A stretch of 64,000 nucleotides of DNA from an uncultured virus (IMG/VR IMGVR_UViG_3300042465_005479) (IMGVR_UViG_3300042465_005479), one strand, 5' to 3'; numbered from the stretch's first letter, positions 8,505 to 17,899 are shown. Translations and numbers: made by a program. The notes: generated by a model not told the origin, from the letters alone.

Positions 8505-9011
8505 TTATCTAAATTTTTCCATTCTTTTTTTAATTAACTCAGCTGTATCATAATCTTCATTTTCTAATGATTGTTTCAAATACACCTCACACTCAATTTC
8601 ATTCATTAAGTCAATTGGTTTACCATCAACTTTTTTACCGGTAGATTTACTACCTTCTCCAACACCACCTGTAAATCCGGGTTCACAACCCATTACTTTC
8701 TTAGCATCTTCATAATTTTTTCTCCAAGTTGCTGATTTGTTAAAATTCATTACAGACCAATTAACTTGATATGTCATATTATTACCACAACTAATATAAA
8801 GATTATTCAAATCCCACCCTTCAAGGGTTGCAAACTCTTTACTGTTTTGTTCTAAAATTCTATGGTAATCACCTCTAATCAAAGATAATTTATCACCAAC
8901 TTTCCAATTTTTACATCTAGCCTTTCTGTTTTTGTTTTGGACAGAACTATAAACACCAATTAAAACAACTATTGCCAAAATAATACCTAAAATAATACCT
9001 AATACTTCCAT
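8505..9011 (-). CDS. membrane-anchored protein with C-terminal UVR-like motif (start revised)
   Basis: N-terminal TM; LKQSLENEDYDTAELIKKRM. Confidence 0.7.
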   Translation of the reverse strand: MEVLGIILGIILAIVVLIGVYSSVQNKNRKARCKNWKVGDKLSLIRGDYHRILEQNSKEFATLEGWDLNNLYISCGNNMTYQVNWSVMNFNKSATWRKNYEDAKKVMGCEPGFTGGVGEGSKSTGKKVDGKPIDLMNEIECEVYLKQSLENEDYDTAELIKKRMEKFR

Positions 9012-9034
9012 AATTTTATAAATTAAATTCCCGA

Positions 9035-9065
9035 CAAAGATAACACTATTTTTGATATAAACAAA
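9035..9065 (-). promoter_or_regulatory. Bacteroidota-type promoter TTTG-N19-TATCTTTG
   Basis: Exact consensus. Confidence 0.85.
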
Positions 9066-9143
9066 AAAAAACCTCAACAAAATTTACTCTGTTGAGGGTT
9101 TTAATAATACCAACCGTAGAAAGGGGTTGTTGGCTGAATGAGA
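9063..9143 (-). ncRNA. putative ~80-nt small RNA
   Basis: TATTTAT motif 9146-9152, hairpin 9109-9134, terminator 9063-9100, no ATG. Confidence 0.45.
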
Positions 9144-9171
9144 TTATAAATATATCGTAAAATTAGAAAAG

Positions 9172-9597
9172 TCAATCTTTTTTTAATATTCTTGTAATTA
9201 ATCTACATAATTGGTCACTTTTATCATCAAATGGTAGATTTTCAAGGTTAAAATAACCACATTCCGTATGTTCCTCACCATCTCTAGCATTTTCCAAGTC
9301 CGGATTTATCTTCTCGTCCGTCTCCATCATAAAGACATACATCAACCCTTTAACCTCAGAACCATCACGATTATATCGTTTAACAAACCCAACTAAATTT
9401 AATTTATTATCTAACGTATAATTTGTTTCTTCTTCAAATTCTCTTTGAATACCATCCAAAGGATGTTCATTTTTTTCCAAATTACCACCCGGTATACTCC
9501 ACTGCCCCGGTAAACTACCCGTAGCGTTTCTTTTACACAACAATACCTCATCACCACATTTGACAATTACACCGGAATATCGTTTTACTTTTTTCAT
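9172..9597 (-). CDS. NUDIX hydrolase
   Basis: WSIPGG.LE..E....GIQREFEEETN Nudix box. Confidence 0.9.
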   Translation of the reverse strand: MKKVKRYSGVIVKCGDEVLLCKRNATGSLPGQWSIPGGNLEKNEHPLDGIQREFEEETNYTLDNKLNLVGFVKRYNRDGSEVKGLMYVFMMETDEKINPDLENARDGEEHTECGYFNLENLPFDDKSDQLCRLITRILKKD

Positions 9598-9626
9598 TTT
9601 ATATTTTTTTGTGTATTTATAAGTAT

Positions 9627-9974
9627 ATGGAATTAACTATAAACAAAAATAAATTCAAAGTCAAAACTGTCATCTCATCCAAAGACACTAGTCAAGGTAT
9701 GATGAATAAAAGATTTGATGATACCTTTAATGGTATGTTATTTATTATGTCCGAAGGTCAACACTGTTTTTGGATGAAAAATTGTATAATACCATTGGAC
9801 ATCATTATGATTGAAGATGATATTATAACAAAAATTCACCACAACTGTCCCCCTTGTAAAACCAAAGATTGTAGAAACTATTGTGGTGAAGGTGATATGA
9901 TACTTGAACTTCAAGGTGGAACCTGTAAAAAATTAGGTGTTAAATCGGGTGATAAAGTTATTCACTACGATTGA
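9627..9974 (+). CDS. DUF192 family protein (start revised)
   Basis: GMM...GMLF...FWMKNCIIPLDII...ILELQGG. Confidence 0.85.
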   Translation: MELTINKNKFKVKTVISSKDTSQGMMNKRFDDTFNGMLFIMSEGQHCFWMKNCIIPLDIIMIEDDIITKIHHNCPPCKTKDCRNYCGEGDMILELQGGTCKKLGVKSGDKVIHYD

Positions 9975-11371
9975 TTTATCTTTTCCTGTAATAATTTCAC
10001 AAACTCATTCTGAATCATTTTAGTAAACTTAATGTAAGGAGCATCTTCCGATTCTCTATTATAACCACCGGTCCCTTTTGGTGGACGATTACTTCTACCC
10101 ATAAAATTTAACCCCGATATATTTGTAATACATTTGTGTCCCCCACTATTTGCCTGAATAAAATCCCAAGCATTTACCTTAATGTTATCTAACATTTGTC
10201 TATGTTCTTCAGGTAACTCAGAGAAAGGTTTTTCCATCATCTCACCGATGTGAATTAATTCCTCTTTACCATCTTCCTTATTTTTATATTCCTTACCATA
10301 CAACGCAACAAAATCTTTAAAGGTAAATCCTGTTGATTCCGAATTAAAATCTTTTGATGATTCTGAAATCCATTTAATTGTTGAAAGGGTTATCTCTCTT
10401 TGTTTTAATTGGTCCTCCCATTTTGATAATACCTCTTGGGCAATCTCACCTAAATTCACACCTTTTAATTGACGTTCTCCTTTGAATGGGTTACAAGACG
10501 CTTGAACTAACCCTAACGGCCAAGCAATAACAATAAAGTCAGCCTCAGGATTATTTTTGAATGGTGTGTATCTATCGTAAGAACCTGGCTTAAACATTGA
10601 ACCCCCACCATATTGAACAATAACATTACCTAATACTTTAACATTAGGGTTAGTTTGCATTGATGTGACATAGTCTTCTTTATTCTTTTCAAGTTGGTCC
10701 GGTTTCGCGTATCCTTTCTCAACCATTATTCGTTTAATGGTGTGAAGTATATTTAATAACGATGGAGAACATTCCATAACCAATGTCTCTAAGAACCCTG
10801 GTTTGTTTTTAAACGCTAATAATAGTTTGTTAACAACTAACCCCATTAACATTTTATTCTTTTCTAACGATTTCTCTTTATCTAATCTGAATAAGTAAGA
10901 GATTACTTGGTCCACTGAAATATCGTTAACCGCATAGTTTGCAGAATCTACAGTAGAAATAAGTAATATGTCTGAGGATGGGAATAATTCTTTTGGAGAA
11001 ACTACCTGAGAGATTGTCTCAACATTTGAACGGGAACTTCTAAATGATGTTGATTTAGTGTCTTCAGCTCCGGCTTGTCTATCGTGGTGGTCTGTGTGAA
11101 TCACAAACATTGGTTTTCCGTGAGCAAAATCAACTAAAACAGGCATCACGTCCCCTTTAGCGTCATTCTTCTTTACAGCGAACTCTTTATCACCATATTG
11201 GATGATATGAGAATCTATTACATCAATACCATTATTCTTAAGATATTCTTTCATCGCAATAGCCGTAGTTACACCATCTAAATCTTGGTGAAAATATATT
11301 TCAGCTTTAGGGTATCTTTTAGCAAGAGCGTTAATGTCTCTTAATCCACTTTCTTTTATAAGTTTTTTCAT
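9965..11371 (-). CDS. DHH-family phosphoesterase-like protein
   Basis: HQDLDG, VDF, TDHH, STVDS and late GGH motifs. Confidence 0.75.
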   Translation of the reverse strand: MKKLIKESGLRDINALAKRYPKAEIYFHQDLDGVTTAIAMKEYLKNNGIDVIDSHIIQYGDKEFAVKKNDAKGDVMPVLVDFAHGKPMFVIHTDHHDRQAGAEDTKSTSFRSSRSNVETISQVVSPKELFPSSDILLISTVDSANYAVNDISVDQVISYLFRLDKEKSLEKNKMLMGLVVNKLLLAFKNKPGFLETLVMECSPSLLNILHTIKRIMVEKGYAKPDQLEKNKEDYVTSMQTNPNVKVLGNVIVQYGGGSMFKPGSYDRYTPFKNNPEADFIVIAWPLGLVQASCNPFKGERQLKGVNLGEIAQEVLSKWEDQLKQREITLSTIKWISESSKDFNSESTGFTFKDFVALYGKEYKNKEDGKEELIHIGEMMEKPFSELPEEHRQMLDNIKVNAWDFIQANSGGHKCITNISGLNFMGRSNRPPKGTGGYNRESEDAPYIKFTKMIQNEFVKLLQEKINQS

Positions 11372-11727
11372 TAATCTAAACCAAACATATGTAAACCTTT
11401 ATCAATGAAACTACCTTCATCGGATACACATTGTTTAAAAAGTTGAACGTCTTTATCAGACATTTTATTTTGTGTTTCAGGACCCCAAACACCATCTGCG
11501 GTAACACCAATCTTAGATTGATATTTACTTAAAGCTTCCGCTGTTTTACCCGCTAGTAATCCGTCAACTTTTAATGGTTGATTCGCATCATCTTTATAAC
11601 CTTTTTTGTTAAGGAAACATTGTATCCCTTTTTTAAGTTCAAAACCATCATTTTGTTCATTAACTAAACCATATCTTGAACGGATATCTCTTTTTTCATC
11701 TTCCGAAATTATAAATCTTTTTGCCAT
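11371..11727 (-). CDS. peptidoglycan-binding domain protein
   Basis: IQCFLNKKGY...VDGLLAGKTAEALSKYQ...ADGVWGPET. Confidence 0.8.
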   Translation of the reverse strand: MAKRFIISEDEKRDIRSRYGLVNEQNDGFELKKGIQCFLNKKGYKDDANQPLKVDGLLAGKTAEALSKYQSKIGVTADGVWGPETQNKMSDKDVQLFKQCVSDEGSFIDKGLHMFGLD

Positions 11728-11773
11728 AGTAATTGTTTTAGTTATAAATATACAGAAAATAAAAAAGAGGTTA

Positions 11774-12634
11774 TTACACCTCTTCTTTTAATTCTAATTT
11801 TGTTTGTTTTCGTTCATCAATTAATGATTGAACTCTTTTCCTTGCAATTTCTGTATAATCCGGAGATAACTCAATTCCAATCCATCGTCTATCTAATAAC
11901 TCAGCCGCAAAAGCTGAAGTCCCACTTCCCATAAAAGGGTCAAGAACAATATCATTTTTATAAGACAATATCTTAATCGCCTTTGATGGAATGTCCATTG
12001 AGAATGTGGCTTTAGTTAATGACCTAGTATCCGCAAAATATTCCCATCTACCAAACACCAAATTCATAAATTCTTTTTTATCTTCGTCCTGATAAATCAT
12101 TTTGTTTTTAACCTTACCATCTTCAGTAGTAACCTCAGTTGATATTCCCATCCATTGTGAAACTCCTTTAGTTAATTTTTTACTACTTTTCTTATAAGCC
12201 AATATGATACACTCTTTAGGATTATAGATATAAGGTGCTGACGCACTCATCCAAGAACCCCAAGCCGTTTGTCGAACTCTATGTGGACTATCTTCCGTAA
12301 GGTCGACTAACCCACTAAATTTAAACCCAACTTCTTTCATTAACATCCAAAACTCGGCAACGAATAATATTCTCCCACCTCTTTCTTGGACATTCAATTC
12401 ATTTGGGACATTCACAGCAATTCGACCATCATCTTTTAATACTCGGAACGCCTCTCTCAACCAATCCTTTGACCACTCGTAATATTCCTCCATTGGTAAA
12501 TCATCCTTATGAACATCATACGAAATGTTTACATTATATGGTGGTGATGTTACTAGTAAATCAATTGAACCTTCAGGAAATGTTTTCATTACCTCAATAC
12601 AATCTCCATTAATTATCTTTCCTGTTTCTATCAT
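11774..12634 (-). CDS. DNA methyltransferase, beta class (N4-C/N6-A)
   Basis: TSPPY before VLDPFMGSGTS; no cognate REase nearby. Confidence 0.9.
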   Translation of the reverse strand: MIETGKIINGDCIEVMKTFPEGSIDLLVTSPPYNVNISYDVHKDDLPMEEYYEWSKDWLREAFRVLKDDGRIAVNVPNELNVQERGGRILFVAEFWMLMKEVGFKFSGLVDLTEDSPHRVRQTAWGSWMSASAPYIYNPKECIILAYKKSSKKLTKGVSQWMGISTEVTTEDGKVKNKMIYQDEDKKEFMNLVFGRWEYFADTRSLTKATFSMDIPSKAIKILSYKNDIVLDPFMGSGTSAFAAELLDRRWIGIELSPDYTEIARKRVQSLIDERKQTKLELKEEV

Positions 12635-12638
12635 TTTA

Positions 12639-12944
12639 TTATTTTACGTGGTATTCCCACTCGTTTTCTTCATTTTTAATTGGTTCTAAACCTTGGTCTA
12701 AAAACACTGCGTTCTGTTCACCAGCATATAATCCTAATATATTATAATCGTAAAACTCTTCCGCTTCACCCATAGTCATTAAGTCTCTTTCTTGTAAGAT
12801 GTTTAATATCTCTCGTTTTGAATATAATATCTTTCTTCCCGGAGAACCAAAGTCCTCAACAATACCAATAATTGCACTCTCTAAACCATCCAATAAAATC
12901 GCACCTTCCGCGTATTGGTCAATATCTACTGTTACTTTATACAT
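12639..12944 (-). CDS. conserved hypothetical phage protein
   Basis: LLDGLESAIIG...EAEEFYDYNILG motif. Confidence 0.75.
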   Translation of the reverse strand: MYKVTVDIDQYAEGAILLDGLESAIIGIVEDFGSPGRKILYSKREILNILQERDLMTMGEAEEFYDYNILGLYAGEQNAVFLDQGLEPIKNEENEWEYHVK

Positions 12945-13104
12945 CTACTTTATCTATTTTTATTGAAATGTTAATATATTTGGGTAATACCTTAGGTTTA
13001 ACTTTAACATTTATAATGTCTTCGTCGTCTATTAATTCCTCTACTTTGAAATCATCAATTTCAAGTCCTATTATTGATTCAATATATTCTTTATTGATTT
13101 CCAC
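12937..13104 (-). CDS. small hypothetical protein (not in ORF track)
   Basis: GTG start; MEINKEYIESIIGLEIDDFKVEEL...KVDV, 55 aa; fills the gap with overlaps at both ends. Confidence 0.55.
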   Translation of the reverse strand: MEINKEYIESIIGLEIDDFKVEELIDDEDIINVKVKPKVLPKYINISIKIDKVDV

Positions 13105-13324
13105 TTTCTAATCTTTCAATTTTACGATTTAAATACCACAACGCTTTCTTCATATCCTGAAGTTCTTTATCGGTATCTTTCTTACCCGCTCTTGCAACAT
13201 ATTTAACAACGTTGAAGATGTAAGCGTCTTTATCAAGACCCCAAGCTTCACAAACTTTTACAACCTCATAAGGATTGTCCTGACCTCCGTAATGTTCCGG
13301 GTGGTTCACCATTTCTTTATTCAT
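13091..13324 (-). CDS. DUF3310 (SaV-like) protein
   Basis: VNHPEHY...FNVVKYVARAGKK...DMKKALWYL. Confidence 0.85.
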   Translation of the reverse strand: MNKEMVNHPEHYGGQDNPYEVVKVCEAWGLDKDAYIFNVVKYVARAGKKDTDKELQDMKKALWYLNRKIERLESGNQ

Positions 13325-13703
13325 CTTTCTTAATATCTTGACATAATAGGTTAATATCTACCGGTTTAACAACAAATCTAAATTTAACAATTAATAATTC
13401 ACCATCACCATAATCACCCTCGATTTCCATATTGGAACCTTTAACTAACATATGTAACCCTCCAACTAAATCACCAACCGGACCTAAAAATTTAAGAATG
13501 ATATCCGTAATTTTTGTCAAATCAGATGGGTTAAATGTGTATTCCACGGTTTGATAAATTTCTGTTGTAAAAATAAAATCCTCACCAATATTTTCAATAT
13601 GGAATTTACGGAACAGATATTCCGGAATGTTAACATCCTCATTAACATTTATAGTGAACCTATTTTTAAACAGAGGTTCAATTGATTTAAATAATTCGTT
13701 CAT
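13317..13703 (-). CDS. tail-tube (gp19)-like fold protein, divergent
   Basis: EP..KNRF...IPEY and L..LGPVG.....L..G.....DY...L motifs. Confidence 0.4.
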   Translation of the reverse strand: MNELFKSIEPLFKNRFTINVNEDVNIPEYLFRKFHIENIGEDFIFTTEIYQTVEYTFNPSDLTKITDIILKFLGPVGDLVGGLHMLVKGSNMEIEGDYGDGELLIVKFRFVVKPVDINLLCQDIKKDE

Positions 13704-13921
13704 AATTTTACTAAATAATATCTACCCAATTTAATGGATTTTTTATACCCATTTCTAACCGAAAAGAGTGGTTTTGTGGTAACATTAATACCAACCCCAT
13801 CATTAATCCTAAGTGACCAACCTGATGGTGATTTACTAAACAATATTGATTGTTTAAATATTCTAATTACCGTTTGACTACACCCAATACCAATGTGATA
13901 AGTTTTTTTAGATAGCCACAT
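13700..13921 (-). CDS. hypothetical protein
   Basis: Basic ORF coupled to neighbours. Confidence 0.6.
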   Translation of the reverse strand: MWLSKKTYHIGIGCSQTVIRIFKQSILFSKSPSGWSLRINDGVGINVTTKPLFSVRNGYKKSIKLGRYYLVKL

Positions 13922-14090
13922 AGTAACCATCACTTAGTGAACTTTTCTGAATATATCCTTCTGAGATTAATACATCTAATTGTTTTTGTGACTCATCAAT
14001 ACTCTGTTTAAGAATGTATTTTGAGATGTAACTAATATGGATTGGTTGTCTTAACTTATCCATCAAATTTTTAATTTGTTTCTTGTCCAT
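13908..14090 (-). CDS. small winged-helix-like hypothetical protein
   Basis: 60 aa; L..LISEGYI...GYY wing-like end. Confidence 0.55.
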   Translation of the reverse strand: MDKKQIKNLMDKLRQPIHISYISKYILKQSIDESQKQLDVLISEGYIQKSSLSDGYYVAI

Positions 14091-14857
14091 TATGATATTA
14101 ATTTTCTTGTTATAATAACGTTTTGATTGACATACGATAATATTTTTCTTTTAAAGATTGGAACTAAAGTCTGCTCTAATGGAAATATATCACTACAAAA
14201 CACCTCAAAGATTGGATAACCAACTTCATTGTTTTTCTCGTATGTTTTTGAAAAAGTAGAGATAATTTCCGGGATAGTCAAATCATCTTGTTGACCTTTA
14301 AAAATTAATTTTAAAGATGTTTTTGTTTGGTTTTTAGTTTTATAGACTTTTCTTGTAGTATATTGCCAAACATATAAAATTTCCGGTGTCTTATATGAAA
14401 AAAAACCTGATTTACTTTGTAGATTGTTTTTATTTTTCTTTACAACAATATCTATGGAATCATAAACAATACTCCATATTGATTTTGCAAAGTTGAAATA
14501 GTCGTGTAATTGTGGTTGACTATTTTTTAATATTTTTTGATATTCAATTACTTCTTCATCGTCAAGTACCGGGATGTCCCTAACCTTTAAATCGTTTAAT
14601 ACCAATTCATCATCAGTAGATGTTAATTTTTTATCAACATATAAGATTTTGTTTTGGGTTAGTAAAGTTTGTATATTACCTAAATGTAATGAAAGCTCAA
14701 TAAACATTGGGTAGACCTCCATTCTCTCAAGATGTTTGTTCATCTTTTGAAAGTAATCTAATAACACGTATTGTTTTTGTTCAGCATCTAAAATACCGTC
14801 AAACAACCAATCCGTGTCCATTATAAATTTATTCTTATTTTTCTGTCTCATTTCCAT
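14090..14857 (-). CDS. conserved hypothetical protein
   Basis: W+.dG.+D.E.KqY.LL.Y motif, recalled from Bacteroidota hypothetical proteins. Confidence 0.7.
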   Translation of the reverse strand: MEMRQKNKNKFIMDTDWLFDGILDAEQKQYVLLDYFQKMNKHLERMEVYPMFIELSLHLGNIQTLLTQNKILYVDKKLTSTDDELVLNDLKVRDIPVLDDEEVIEYQKILKNSQPQLHDYFNFAKSIWSIVYDSIDIVVKKNKNNLQSKSGFFSYKTPEILYVWQYTTRKVYKTKNQTKTSLKLIFKGQQDDLTIPEIISTFSKTYEKNNEVGYPIFEVFCSDIFPLEQTLVPIFKRKILSYVNQNVIITRKLIS

Positions 14858-14905
14858 ATTCTATTATTTCAAATATACAGGAAAAGATTGGAAAAAGGAA
14901 TAGTT

Positions 14906-16273
14906 TTAGTTAACTCTCATTACGTAATAAGACTCACCACCTATATCAATACTGTCATAAGTACCGTCATAACTGTTCATAATACCCCACCCATCAGAAT
15001 CAACTAACCCTTGAGCTAAAGCATCTCCATCAATATATTCTTTAACGTCCATACCGTAATCATTAAGATATTGCATAGGGTCTCGTTTAACCCACCTAAC
15101 TAATTCTTCAACTTTATTATCAATCATATCCTCAGTTGGGTCAGTATCAACCTCAATATTGTCTAACTCTTCTTGAAGAGATTCAATCTGATTATCTAAA
15201 TCCTCTTCGTAGTCATAATAATTTTCATCATCTGAATCTAATTCAAGTTTTTGTTGTTCCAAATCCTCAATTTGAGATTCAATCTGTTCTATTCTTTCTT
15301 CTTGTTCTGAAGTCAATTCAAAATCATCATCATTAAAATAACTTTCCGGACTATCTCTTACTTGATATTCATAATCTTCTCTTGCAAAGTCAACAATTGC
15401 ATCTTCATCCAAATAATCCTCAATAAAACTTTTACTAAACCCATCAGCTCCAACATCATCAATATAATTTTTAGAATACTCTAAAGCCGCTCTATCCATT
15501 TCTTCCTCAGTTCCAACAGTATATTCTTCACCTTTAAAACCATCCACCAAAACTTCAAATTGAGTCAAACCATAATGAGTATAATTTGTTGGATACATAT
15601 CATAGATGTCACCAACGTCACCAGTTAAATCATCAATTCTTTCTTGAACTTCTTCAATTTTATTTAATATTTCCACATTCTCATCCGGGTCACCGTCTCT
15701 ATCTTCATCATCATAATCGGCATTAAGTTCTTCCAATTGTTGAGTCAATTCTTTTAACTCTTCTTTCTCATCATTATCCAATACTTTAACTTTACCTTGA
15801 CCCTCAAGATATTCTAATAAAGCCATAGCCTTTAATCCCTCTTCATCGTGATTTTGAAAATTCCATTCATCATCTTCTCGTTTGGAGTCCATCTCAGCTT
15901 GTTTACCCAAAAGTTCTTGTTTTTCTCTAATTCTTTCTCGAGGAGACCCCGAATCCCAAATATGTGACTTACTTCTTAAATTACCAATATCGGATACTTT
16001 AGTTCTGCTAATATCAAATCTACCGTCAACATAACCTATTGGTCCAATGTCTTTAACCGGTAAACCGCTTAAATCTAAATCACCTGTAATATATAATGGT
16101 TTTCCACCATATTTTTTCATTTTTCTAAACACATTACCATTATAACTGGCATATTGCATCATATCCAAGTAATCCTCAGGAGATATTCTATAATATTCGT
16201 CCTCAGTTTGCTCAACTATTTTTTTGATTACTTTATATAATTCGGATTCTGTAAGTCTTAATTTTCTACCCAT
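14906..16273 (-). CDS. highly acidic late protein with LTESEL leader and short LRR-like repeat
   Basis: GDLDLSGLPVKDIG / GRFDISRTKVSDIG; D/E-rich coiled coils; TATTTAT 16278-16284. Confidence 0.75.
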   Translation of the reverse strand: MGRKLRLTESELYKVIKKIVEQTEDEYYRISPEDYLDMMQYASYNGNVFRKMKKYGGKPLYITGDLDLSGLPVKDIGPIGYVDGRFDISRTKVSDIGNLRSKSHIWDSGSPRERIREKQELLGKQAEMDSKREDDEWNFQNHDEEGLKAMALLEYLEGQGKVKVLDNDEKEELKELTQQLEELNADYDDEDRDGDPDENVEILNKIEEVQERIDDLTGDVGDIYDMYPTNYTHYGLTQFEVLVDGFKGEEYTVGTEEEMDRAALEYSKNYIDDVGADGFSKSFIEDYLDEDAIVDFAREDYEYQVRDSPESYFNDDDFELTSEQEERIEQIESQIEDLEQQKLELDSDDENYYDYEEDLDNQIESLQEELDNIEVDTDPTEDMIDNKVEELVRWVKRDPMQYLNDYGMDVKEYIDGDALAQGLVDSDGWGIMNSYDGTYDSIDIGGESYYVMRVN

Positions 16274-16366
16274 AGTAATAAATATCCACGAAGATACAAA
16301 ATTTATTTACTTATTATGATTATTATTGATATTTATGGATATATAAACTTTAATACATATATTATC

Positions 16367-16516
16367 ATGGGATGCGGATGTAAAAACCAAGGAAATCAAA
16401 CTCCTCCACCACCACCAGCTCAACAAACGAATACTCCTGCGGGTCAAAGTCAACCACAGACTCAACCTATCCAAGAATCAATTCGTAAAGTTGTTGAGAA
16501 ATATTACAAGAGGTAG
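16367..16516 (+). CDS. small MGCGCK protein (start revised)
   Basis: ATG 16367 downstream of TATTTAT 16330-16336; P/Q-rich. Confidence 0.7.
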   Translation: MGCGCKNQGNQTPPPPPAQQTNTPAGQSQPQTQPIQESIRKVVEKYYKR

Positions 16517-16546
16517 TAACTAAACGTTAGGGGTGAAAAAAATTAC

Positions 16547-16572
16547 AGGGGACAATTTAGTTCCCTTTTTTT
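16547..16572 (+). terminator. intrinsic terminator
   Basis: AGGGGAC-AATTTA-GTTCCCT-TTTTTT. Confidence 0.75.
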
Positions 16573-16620
16573 ATTTATAATTAGAATTAATTTCTATATC
16601 ATTTCGTATAACTTAAAAAT

Positions 16621-17439
16621 ATGAAATATATTAATGAAAATTCAAACCGGGGTATAGTAAACCTATTCGCAGACTTTTTAATAAAAGAGATAAATAAAAC
16701 AATTAATTATGACTCCGTAATTGAAGTTACTGATTGTGGTAAATTCTTTGTTGTTAACGGTATGACAACATCAGATAAAATTTTAGATATAATTAAAGTA
16801 AGAGAGTCATTTGTTGAAACCTATAAATCTTTAATGACTAAATTTGGTTATGAGACGGTTAACATTATTGATTTAATTATGTATAATCGAGACTTAACTA
16901 AAAAAACAGAATACACGTTTGATTTTTATCATTCATCAAGACCGTTATATCACCGTAATCTTATTTTAGATATTGTTGAAAATCCTCAACCTAAATTTAA
17001 TTCAGTTTTTTATAATAGAAGATTGGAATATGAATTAGATTATTCTGAAGACGACACTACCAATTTGGAATATTATACTTATGCTCCGTTGAATATCTCA
17101 TCAGAGTTTCCACACGGATATAGTTTAGGTATGGGAAGACAAGAGTTATACTACTCAGAATACATCTCTAATCAGTTATTAGATGTTCTGTTAACAGATA
17201 AGTTAACTTTCAAATATTCGTCCATTAAAGTGGACGACGATAATCAAATAGACATTAATGCTAACACGGTGTTTCCTAAAAAAGATATTATCTCAATGAC
17301 ATTGGACGTGTTTGATTTTGATATGTTGGTATTCAATGATATGATAAAAGATTATGATATTATGGAAGACATAACAAAACCATTTGATAATAAACCTTGG
17401 TTAATTAGAGATAAAATTAAAGACCTAATATTATTTTAA
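16621..17439 (+). CDS. degenerate SAM synthetase (MetK)-like protein
   Basis: N-terminal pattern (N.FADFL...SVIEV...VVNGMTTS..ILDI.KV) parallels MetK, but GHPDK is absent. Confidence 0.4.
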   Translation: MKYINENSNRGIVNLFADFLIKEINKTINYDSVIEVTDCGKFFVVNGMTTSDKILDIIKVRESFVETYKSLMTKFGYETVNIIDLIMYNRDLTKKTEYTFDFYHSSRPLYHRNLILDIVENPQPKFNSVFYNRRLEYELDYSEDDTTNLEYYTYAPLNISSEFPHGYSLGMGRQELYYSEYISNQLLDVLLTDKLTFKYSSIKVDDDNQIDINANTVFPKKDIISMTLDVFDFDMLVFNDMIKDYDIMEDITKPFDNKPWLIRDKIKDLILF

Positions 17440-17443
17440 AAAT

Positions 17444-17468
17444 AAAATCCCCTAACTTGGGGATTTTT
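17444..17468. terminator. bidirectional terminator
   Basis: AAAATCCCC-TAACTT-GGGGATTTT between convergent genes. Confidence 0.85.
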
Positions 17469-17899
17469 TATTTTTTAGACCAATCACTTTTAGATTGTTT
17501 TGCCGCCGCTTTTGAAACACCACATTTTGTTGATTTGAATGATGGGTCTTGAGTTTCATAGGATGGTGAATCAGGTAATTTTTTTTGTTTCTCCAAATAC
17601 TTACTATAATCTTTTTCCGTTTTACCCGGATTAGCAGCTAACCAAGCATCAAGATATTTTTTATGTAATTCTTCAGCTTTCTTTAATTCAGGAGCTCTTT
17701 TTTCATCCCAAGCCTTTGCAATTGAATCCTTTTTTTGAATGGTTTTAAGTTTTAATTCCTCAGCAGCTTTCTTTTTAAGTTCAAGTTTTTCTTTATTTAA
17801 CTTAATTTGTTCTTCTCTACTTAATGGAACCGGTGTTGTTGATGGTGTAGTTTGTTCAACCAAAAAGTTATACTGAGATTCTTTAATTACTATTTTCAT
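17468..17899 (-). CDS. Lys-rich late protein with MKIVIKESQ leader
   Basis: TATTTAT 17904-17910. Confidence 0.75.
   Translation of the reverse strand: MKIVIKESQYNFLVEQTTPSTTPVPLSREEQIKLNKEKLELKKKAAEELKLKTIQKKDSIAKAWDEKRAPELKKAEELHKKYLDAWLAANPGKTEKDYSKYLEKQKKLPDSPSYETQDPSFKSTKCGVSKAAAKQSKSDWSKK

Noticed and set aside
2288..9080. Longest-ORF starts at 3079, 4093, 5043, 8120 and 9080 (also 20659, 27542, 43231, 48183)
   Set aside because: The extensions cross promoters, terminators or upstream genes; downstream ATGs fit better
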